This document shows positions 1 through 6,780 of a stretch of 25,025 bases of DNA, piece after piece. The notes beneath the pieces are model-generated. The model had not been told where the DNA came from. It saw nothing but the letters and a program-made list of their open reading frames with translations, and searched no databases. The first letter of the stretch is position 1; each line of letters opens with the position of its first letter. The stretch is from an uncultured bacterium. Lineage in GTDB: Bacteria; T1Sed10-126. Both the position numbers and the translations under genes were made by a program. The DNA lies in contig CAZMIT010000011.1 in assembly GCA_964566495.1 (NCBI GenBank), positions 1 to 25,025 of the forward strand, read 5' to 3'.

Positions 1-74
1 TTAGGGCTAAAAAAAAGGACAAGACTTTAGATTTCAAATTACAGCTTCAGGTAAGACTGGCGAATACGGGGGCC

Positions 75-114
75 AAAAAAGAGAAAACCCCCGGAAGCCA
101 GGCGGCTCCCGGGG
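75..114 (-). terminator. Rho-independent terminator of the histone gene
   Basis: Minus strand reads CCCCGGGAGCC-GCCT-GGCTTCCGGGG (11-bp stem with one G-U pair) followed by GTTTTCTCTTTTTT, about 22 nt after the histone stop codon. Confidence 0.85.
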
Positions 115-136
115 ATATATAAATACTTAATTAAAT

Positions 137-310
137 TTACAGGTCCTCAGGTCTTACGGTCTTACGACCATTAGCCTGGGCCCGGTTGGCAGCCTCATCC
201 AGCAGGTCGGCCAGCTTGTCGCCGGCGGCGGCCGGAAGATCGCTGTCGCAGAGCAATCCCTTGTCACTAATAAGCTCTTTCACACGACTTTTGTATACTA
301 AATCGGCCAT
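137..310 (-). CDS. Prokaryotic histone-fold protein, 57 aa, with truncated alpha3 (not in the supplied ORF track)
   Basis: Manual translation: MADLVYKSRVKELISDKGLLCDSDLPAAAGDKLADLLDEAANRAQANGRKTVRPEDL*. Contains the histone L2/alpha3 signature GRKTVxxED (RxTxxxxD clamp). Strong SD (GGAAAGGAGGGAG) upstream and a terminator downstream. Confidence 0.9.
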   Translation of the reverse strand: MADLVYKSRVKELISDKGLLCDSDLPAAAGDKLADLLDEAANRAQANGRKTVRPEDL

Positions 311-456
311 AACTCACTCCCTCCTTTCCGCGCTTAAGTTCTCCTTGCACTAAGAAGTCAATAAATTTAACTTGTTCGTTTACTTATTGACTCTTGATCT
401 CCTGTTTCTGGTTCCTAAAAAATCCAGGTTGACTTTCTTAATTATCCTTCCCGAAT

Positions 457-485
457 ATTTTAAAACCGCATTTACTGCCCGTCAA
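457..485 (-). promoter_or_regulatory. sigma70-type promoter for the histone gene
   Basis: Minus strand TTGACG (485-480), 17-nt spacer, TAAAAT (462-457). Implies a 5' leader of about 140 nt. Confidence 0.7.
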
Positions 486-754
486 AGGGTTTGTTAAGCA
501 AATGCTGCTAATAACCATATAATTATCTCTCGCTCTTGCCAAGGGTTTTATGGGGTATCGGACTGATTTAGTCGAAAATATCTACCTCTGAGTCCAATTA
601 TTAAAGCTCTTCCCCCGGCTTCAAGGGGAAAAAGTGGGATATTTTCCATGAACAGTGAGTGTTGTTTTGGTATATTTCTAAATTATCACGACAATCTGGT
701 CGAAACTAAAAAATGGGCATCATAATTACGAGTTCACTTTAGAAACCCCACTGC

Positions 755-780
755 GTTATTCCCGCGGAAGTGGGAATCCA
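755..780. repeat. REP-like palindrome (GTYATTCCC-N8-GGGAATCCA; dRS3-like pattern)
   Basis: ATTCCC-GCGGAAGT-GGGAAT at 758-777. Same GTCAT-type family as 17257-17349. Confidence 0.6.
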
Positions 781-798
781 GTGGCAAGGAGGCGCACA

Positions 799-1224
799 AT
801 GGTTGAGTTAAAGAGACAACTTTCCGTATATGTACGCAATCAACCGGGGGAACTTGCAGATATCTGTGCCCTGTTTGACCAGGAAGAGATAACAATCATT
901 GGTTTTACAGTGGCGGATACAGTTGACCACGCGGTAGTTCGATTTCTTGTTGACCGTCCCAGCCGGGCACAGAAAGTTCTCGAAAATGAAGGAATGCTTG
1001 TGGTTGATAATCTTGTTTTGACCGTGCGCCTGGACAACAACTTGAACAATATTGGTGCTGTGGCCGAAACCCTTTCCGAGGCTGGAATTAATATCGGCTA
1101 CGGCTACTACTCCATCTCCAGCGCCGGCAAAAGCACCGGCTCCCTCCTGGTTGCCAAAGTCTCTGAACCACGACGCGCTCAGGACGTTCTGCTTACCGGA
1201 AAAAAACGACTCGTCGCTACATAA
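799..1224 (+). CDS. Tandem ACT-domain amino-acid-binding protein
   Basis: QLSVYVRNQPGELADI...GI/EI-x-I repeated twice, typical of double-ACT proteins. ATG at 799 preferred over GTG 781 because AAGGAGG lies at 786-792. Confidence 0.85.
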   Translation: MVELKRQLSVYVRNQPGELADICALFDQEEITIIGFTVADTVDHAVVRFLVDRPSRAQKVLENEGMLVVDNLVLTVRLDNNLNNIGAVAETLSEAGINIGYGYYSISSAGKSTGSLLVAKVSEPRRAQDVLLTGKKRLVAT

Positions 1225-1301
1225 CATAACTCAAAAGCTTCCAGAACATTTCATTTTCCCTTGTCCTACCGTCCACCGGGCTAGAAACCATTGTTGAGTA
1301 G

Positions 1302-1415
1302 CAGTAATCGGTAATCAGTATTCAGTAATCAGTAAAGTCAAAACCATTTATCGCTCACTGATTACCAGCGTTGTCTACCGATTACCGAAGGCCGTACATC
1401 GAACACCGATTACTG
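1302..1415. repeat. Inverted heptamer tandem repeat ((A/G)GTAATC)n ... (GATTAC(C/T))n
   Basis: CAGTAAT CGGTAAT CAGTATT CAGTAAT CAGTAA followed by complementary CTGATTAC, CCGATTACCG and CCGATTACTG. Related copies at 19342-19393 and 22340-22418. Confidence 0.75.
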
Positions 1416-1504
1416 AACTTCTTGCGGGTCAAGCCTTGGGACGTCATACGTTCCCGCAATGACAAGCTAATGACGACCGTAAGCCACTGGATTGTCCGGT
1501 CAAG

Positions 1505-1630
1505 CCGGAGAACACCAGCATAAAGCTCAAAGCCAAAAGCCGAAAGCTAATTCAAATTCATTAAGTGCTCATAATCTTGTTCATGTTCTTGAACTTGATT
1601 TTCACGGATTTTCGCCTGCTCGCCCCTTCG
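1505..1630 (+). repeat. Dispersed ~125-bp intergenic repeat, copy 1
   Basis: CCGGAGAACACCAGC...AAAGCTCAAAGCCAAAAGC...TCATAATCTTGTTCATGTTCTTGAACTTGA...TTCGCCTGCTCGCC, near-identical to 6592-6723 and, reversed, to 17362-17459. Confidence 0.9.
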
Positions 1631-1648
1631 CCCGGTGCGATGCCCTGA

Positions 1649-2836
1649 TTAGAGCTTGTTAATCCCCGATATAGTTTTTAACGGCGATAGTATCCAGGGG
1701 CGCAAATCCGGGTGCTGAACCTTCAGATAGGCGCTCAGGAAGCAAAGACCGGGGAAAAGGAGTAACGTTCCTATAACTCCGAAAGAAGCCCAGAGGAGCG
1801 CCAGCCCAAGGATTAACACTTCCAGCCCGAAGTCCCACTCCTTGCTTGTGCCCGAGCCAATCCAGTTGAGAAAATAAGGTTTTATCAGATAATCATCGGT
1901 TATAAAATAGAAAAAGAAAATGACCGCTGTAATAGCTCCGCCCAGAACTCCCTGCCAGATTGTTAGCAAGCCAATAGTTAAAATTGTAAGAATTATGGTA
2001 CCAACTCCGGGAACAACAAGATTACCCAGAAAAAAGGAAAGAATCAGACCAAGAATTATCGTGTTCTCAAAACGAGTTATTCCAGCCTGGTTTAGACTAA
2101 AGAATATAGCAGCCATGATCAAACCAAGAATCAAGTAATAGATCGAGTTGTAGAAGAGACACTGTTGAAACAACCGGCTATATGAGTTGATAATTTCAGA
2201 GTGTTCGTTCTCTTCTTTTTCAACCCAGGCAATCAGCTCTTCCAGCGATTCGTAGATAAGTGCTCCTATACCCGTGAAAATTATGAAGGTCAGCGGAAGT
2301 ATAAAAGTAGAGAAAAAACGGTTTAAACTACCAAAGATTTCCTGGGCGTTATCGGCCAGTACAGCGTAAGGGTTAGGATTGAAAGCGAGTTCATTGAGGA
2401 AGTTATAGGCTTCTGGCGCGGCGGTCTGGAAGAGGCTGCGTATCCAGCCCTGGACAGCCGGATTCCGGACCGTTTCAAAGAAGAGCGGGGCGAGCAACCA
2501 GCCGAAGACAAGTAAACAGAAAAGGGCAAATGATTGAATAACACAGGGAACTACGCCCCAGGAACGAAGAGGCAGTATTGTGTCAAAGGTCCGGATGAAG
2601 AAATTGCGAAGACTGTCAGGCAGCAGCCGGCGGACAAAGCGTTGAAAAGGCGCTGTCCATCTTTCCCAGAGGTTAACCAGGAAAATGCTATAAAAAAGCC
2701 CCAGCAAACTTACCGCCAGCAGTTCTCGGAACTGGCGGCTGAAAAATAGGGGGATAAAGAGGATGACCAGGGGAATTATAACAGCGATATCCAGGAACCT
2801 TTTCCCCTGTTTTGCTGATTGATCTTTCTCGGCCAT
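1649..2836 (-). CDS. AI-2E (PerM/TqsA)-family multi-pass membrane protein, divergent
   Basis: Many hydrophobic segments. The C-terminal VPGVG...DDYLIKP...FGVIGTLLLFP pattern matches the AI-2E family layout. ATG at 2836 overlaps the upstream TAA (TAATG coupling), so it is preferred to 2869. Confidence 0.65.
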   Translation of the reverse strand: MAEKDQSAKQGKRFLDIAVIIPLVILFIPLFFSRQFRELLAVSLLGLFYSIFLVNLWERWTAPFQRFVRRLLPDSLRNFFIRTFDTILPLRSWGVVPCVIQSFALFCLLVFGWLLAPLFFETVRNPAVQGWIRSLFQTAAPEAYNFLNELAFNPNPYAVLADNAQEIFGSLNRFFSTFILPLTFIIFTGIGALIYESLEELIAWVEKEENEHSEIINSYSRLFQQCLFYNSIYYLILGLIMAAIFFSLNQAGITRFENTIILGLILSFFLGNLVVPGVGTIILTILTIGLLTIWQGVLGGAITAVIFFFYFITDDYLIKPYFLNWIGSGTSKEWDFGLEVLILGLALLWASFGVIGTLLLFPGLCFLSAYLKVQHPDLRPWILSPLKTISGINKL

Positions 2837-5331
2837 TAGTTGTCCCACCTCTCCAGCAGATGTTCGCATTCTTCCAGAGCCTCAGTTAGAAAGCCGGCGA
2901 GAGGCTCTATATCTGTTGTTTCGTTAAGCCGACTGAGGTAGGTTTTCCATTGCTCCAGCATCTCTTTTCCGGTCAAGCGGCCACCCCAGCCTCGCAGCCA
3001 CTGTCCGCTGGTCTGTTCGTGGATTTCGCTGGCCCGTTGTTTTATCAGCTCGTGCAGCCGGGGCAACTTTTCCAATTCCCAGCGGTAGTCGTAGTCGTCG
3101 GGCAGGGGAGCAAACTCATCCGGTTCAGTCAACTCTTTGAACTGCTGAAATTGCCGATCGCCGCGCAGCAAACCGCCGGCGGTGATTTCAGCCGCGACCG
3201 ACTGCAGTTTGTTAATATCTTCCCGTAGTTCCAGCAAATTTTTGTAAGCGCTGGCTGGAAAATGAAACTTCAGGATTTCTGCCTCGTCAAGTTCAATTAC
3301 GGTTCTGTTGAGTCTCTCAGCCACTTCAATAAGCCGTTGTTCGTCCAGCGCTGTCTCCTCCGGCGCGGCTACAAAGTGTTCAAATGAACGCAGGTAGACG
3401 TTGAGTATATTTTCAAGCTCGGTAGTTAGACGTTTGAGCGCTGCTTCAGCGAGTCTCCCGTCGGGAAGATGTTTTTTCCACTCCGCCAGCAGGTTGGCTG
3501 CCTCGTTCAGACGTTCTGGATTGAATGCTGCCCTGGTTGCCTGTAGACCGTTCAAAATCTCATTAAGCTGATTTCGTTCAGCAGCGAGGTCCCGGTTGAG
3601 CTTTCCCTCAAACTTCTGATAAATTTCACTGTCTTCGCGGCGAATTTCTTCAAGATAGATCGAGGCCACCAGCAATTCTTCCGGTCGTTCAGCCAGCTGT
3701 TCCGGCAGATCATCAAGAGCCAGCAGTTCTTCCAGTTTGGCAGTTAGAGGGGGAGTTACTTCGCTAAATTGAGGACTGTCCAGTATTGCCAGTATGTCTG
3801 CTTCCAATTGCTGAAGTCGTCGGCTCTCTAATGCCAGTCGCGTCTCATGCAGCCAGTTTTCACCAAAATTGTCAAGCTCAAGGTGAGTCGCAGTTTCGCT
3901 AACAGTTTCAATTAAGTTTAGATAAGGTTGGCGGGGCTCATTTTCTGCCGGTTGCCAGTCGACGTCGGTTATAATGTCCCGGTTGTTCTCCAGAAAACCG
4001 GCGACCATAATTTCCCAGCCCCGACCGGTGTCAGCAATTTTGTTTTCTCTAAGTTCAATCAGCTGGGTCTTTAGTCCCTCGTAGTCCTGCTGCTTGATAA
4101 ATTTATCAAGCAGTTCTGCTTCCTGGCTAATTTTAGCCAGGCGCTGATTTTTGGACTCAAATTTTAGCTGCCCCCCGGGGAGGCTGGCAAGACCCTTGCG
4201 GAGTGCCTCTAACCGTTCTTGTGCCGCCTCAAATTCCTGCTCGTAGTGGGTTCGGAGACTTGCTTCATAATAGAGAGCGCCAAGCTGTTCGGTTAGACTT
4301 GCGCGCAGTTCCTCTATGTTGGTGACACCCAGTAGTTCTTCCGCTTTGTTATTTTCAACTATTGTTTGTTCTATTTGAGCCAGGGCCGGCAACTCAGTCT
4401 CCAGCTCTGCGGCCAGGGGGTCGGCCAATGCATGAACTTGCGGTTCAAACTCTTCCAGAAGAGTGGCATATAACTCCCGGCTGCCGCCGGCCAGCCGTTC
4501 CCGCGCAGCAAGATGAACTTCGGCTAAATCGTCGAATCTTTCCCAGGGGGCGGTGGTTAGTGAGCCGGCGATCTCATCGTTCAGGATCGAATAAGCAGTA
4601 ATTAGTCTGGGAAGCAGTTGGGCAAACTCGGAGAAACTATCGGCATCACCGGATGTTGGTGCCGGCAGCGTTCGAAAGTAGCGCTCTACCCGGGCGCCTG
4701 CCAGTTTGACTGACTCCTCGAACAGCACGTCGCAATCGACTTTAAATAGCCGCTGGCAGTCCAGTCGGGGGCTGTAAATTAGTTCATAAGCGTTGACGGC
4801 TTGGTGGCTGATTTCGGCCGCTTCGAGGTAATGATTCAAACCCTGCGCCGGATGTCCGGGTAGATTTAATACTTGCCGTACTCGATCCCAGTCACGTCCC
4901 AGCTCTTCACGCACCTGGTGGTGACGGGTAAATAAACGTTCAATCAAAGCGGAGGAGAGCAGGTGAATATAACCTTCACGGACTTCTTTTTGTTCTTCTT
5001 CCGGTTGTACAGACAGGCTGGAGACTAATGACTGGTGCAAGTTGAATATGACGGAACGTAACCGCTCTCGTTCAGCTTCTGACAGCTCTTCACGGGCCTG
5101 CAATTGCGTGAAAAAACTTCGTAATTCATCAAGGCGAGTTGGACTGAGAGGCTGCTCGTCTATTTGGAGCACTATGTTTTCGGCCTCTGTAACTGGGTCG
5201 CCAAGGAAGTCCCGAAATTGTTCGGCTATTGGCTCACGGTAAAGATAGAGTAGGGAGGAAAGCAAGACCACCGGCAGGATGATTAATAAAAAATTTACAA
5301 CCGCCGCCCACAATCGTCTGAGTAATTTCAT
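2836..5331 (-). CDS. Large hypothetical protein, N-terminal membrane anchor plus acidic alpha-helical/coiled-coil body (831 aa)
   Basis: Long ORF with SD CAGGAGG. Hydrophobic segment at about aa 8-31, remainder E/L/R-rich. No catalytic motif recognised. Confidence 0.8.
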   Translation of the reverse strand: MKLLRRLWAAVVNFLLIILPVVLLSSLLYLYREPIAEQFRDFLGDPVTEAENIVLQIDEQPLSPTRLDELRSFFTQLQAREELSEAERERLRSVIFNLHQSLVSSLSVQPEEEQKEVREGYIHLLSSALIERLFTRHHQVREELGRDWDRVRQVLNLPGHPAQGLNHYLEAAEISHQAVNAYELIYSPRLDCQRLFKVDCDVLFEESVKLAGARVERYFRTLPAPTSGDADSFSEFAQLLPRLITAYSILNDEIAGSLTTAPWERFDDLAEVHLAARERLAGGSRELYATLLEEFEPQVHALADPLAAELETELPALAQIEQTIVENNKAEELLGVTNIEELRASLTEQLGALYYEASLRTHYEQEFEAAQERLEALRKGLASLPGGQLKFESKNQRLAKISQEAELLDKFIKQQDYEGLKTQLIELRENKIADTGRGWEIMVAGFLENNRDIITDVDWQPAENEPRQPYLNLIETVSETATHLELDNFGENWLHETRLALESRRLQQLEADILAILDSPQFSEVTPPLTAKLEELLALDDLPEQLAERPEELLVASIYLEEIRREDSEIYQKFEGKLNRDLAAERNQLNEILNGLQATRAAFNPERLNEAANLLAEWKKHLPDGRLAEAALKRLTTELENILNVYLRSFEHFVAAPEETALDEQRLIEVAERLNRTVIELDEAEILKFHFPASAYKNLLELREDINKLQSVAAEITAGGLLRGDRQFQQFKELTEPDEFAPLPDDYDYRWELEKLPRLHELIKQRASEIHEQTSGQWLRGWGGRLTGKEMLEQWKTYLSRLNETTDIEPLAGFLTEALEECEHLLERWDN

Positions 5332-5667
5332 TTTTTACCTCCTGATAATATTTTACCAAGTTTTTCTCCATTGCAATACCATTTGCCGATGAACCAGATT
5401 TTCCCAACGATTCACTATATCTGAACGTGAACAAGGGGTAGAAGGCGGGGGGAGAAACAAAACTTTCAACCGCATTGCTCTTTTGAAGGACGGAAATCCA
5501 AAGGCGGGAAAGGACAGTTGTAAGACAGTTTTCACCTCTTCCTGCAGGAGAGCGGGAACCGGTGGGAGGATTTTTTTGGGGAAAGGGTGGAAAGAAGATG
5601 GATAGTCCTGTACAATTTATTTAAATCCTTCATTTATTCCCGATAAGAGGTTGTAGAGAGGAATTCG

Positions 5668-6513
5668 ATGACCGAATTAATTTTTGGTGACGATTTAAAA
5701 TCCTCATCTGAGGTAGAGGCAGGCGCTCGGGAATCTCTGCGTGAATTTAGGGACGATCTATACTCTAAATACGGTATTTATTTTCCTGAGAAAAAATTTT
5801 ACAAGCTAAAGGCCAAGGTGGGGAAGAGACTGCGTAGTCTGAATCTGGATACAATTGAAGAATACGACGAGTATCTCCAGCAAAATCCCTCTGAAGTTTC
5901 TGATCTGCTCGATGTGATCAGTACCAACACGACTCGCTTTTATCGTGAGGACAGGCACTGGAAATTTGTAGAAACTGAACTTATAAAGAAGTGGCAGGGC
6001 CAGCCGAAGGTAGTCTGCTGGTCGGCGGCCTGTTCGTCCGGGGAGGAGCCATATACACTGGCTACGCTCTTGAATGAAGCCCGACGCGAGGGAAAGTTTA
6101 AGTATAATATACTGGCCACTGATCTCTCGGAAAATGTGCTTCAGCGCGGGGTGAGGGGAATATATTCCACCGATGCCCTAAAACCGCTGCGGGTGGCTCA
6201 TCCGGAGCTGGTTCAACAGTATTTTGAGTCGATGGAAGGGGGGATGAAACGGGCCGGGAAGGAGCTTCGTGACCGAGTTATTTTTCGCAAATTTAATCTT
6301 AATTCCAACAATTATCCGTATCGCAACACTTTCGACCTGGTTTTAATTCGTAACGTCTTGATTTATTTTGATGAAGAAATGGTGAAACACGTGATTGATA
6401 ATCTCACTGCCTCGTTAAAGCGGGGGGGCTATTTATTCACCGGTCATTCGGAGACGTTAAATAAGATAGACCACAGGTTAAAAAAAGTAAAACCGTCTAT
6501 TTTTCAAAAATAA
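5668..6513 (+). CDS. cheR: Chemotaxis protein-glutamate O-methyltransferase
   Basis: Motifs TNTTRFYRE, WSAACSSGEEPYT, ATDLS, RNVLIYFD and GGYLFTGHSE. Confidence 0.95.
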   Translation: MTELIFGDDLKSSSEVEAGARESLREFRDDLYSKYGIYFPEKKFYKLKAKVGKRLRSLNLDTIEEYDEYLQQNPSEVSDLLDVISTNTTRFYREDRHWKFVETELIKKWQGQPKVVCWSAACSSGEEPYTLATLLNEARREGKFKYNILATDLSENVLQRGVRGIYSTDALKPLRVAHPELVQQYFESMEGGMKRAGKELRDRVIFRKFNLNSNNYPYRNTFDLVLIRNVLIYFDEEMVKHVIDNLTASLKRGGYLFTGHSETLNKIDHRLKKVKPSIFQK

Positions 6514-6591
6514 GTGTTGAGGTCCCCCATAAATTTTTCCAATCCAAGCCTCTCCCTCCAGAGGAGACTTTTGTTGCCATTCCGCCCCGAA

Positions 6592-6723
6592 CCGGAGAAC
6601 ACCAGCTTAAAGCTCAAAGCCAAAAGCTGAAAGCTAACTCAAATTCATGAAGTGCTCATAATCTTGTTCATGTTCTTGAACTTGAACTGGATTTTCACGA
6701 ACTTTCGCCTGCTCGCCTCTTCG
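6592..6723 (+). repeat. Dispersed intergenic repeat, copy 2
   Basis: Near-identical to 1505-1630 with a small internal insertion (ACTGGA). Lies between the convergent cheR and topoisomerase A genes. Confidence 0.9.
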
Positions 6724-6780
6724 CAAGCTCGCCTCTTCGAGCCCCCCGGTCTTCGAGCCAAAATCCATCTTACGATTTTA

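Noticed and set aside
1290..1630. Possible CRISPR array from short repeated units
   Set aside because: The units are 6-7-nt tandem or inverted repeats without regular unique spacers, and no cas genes are present.
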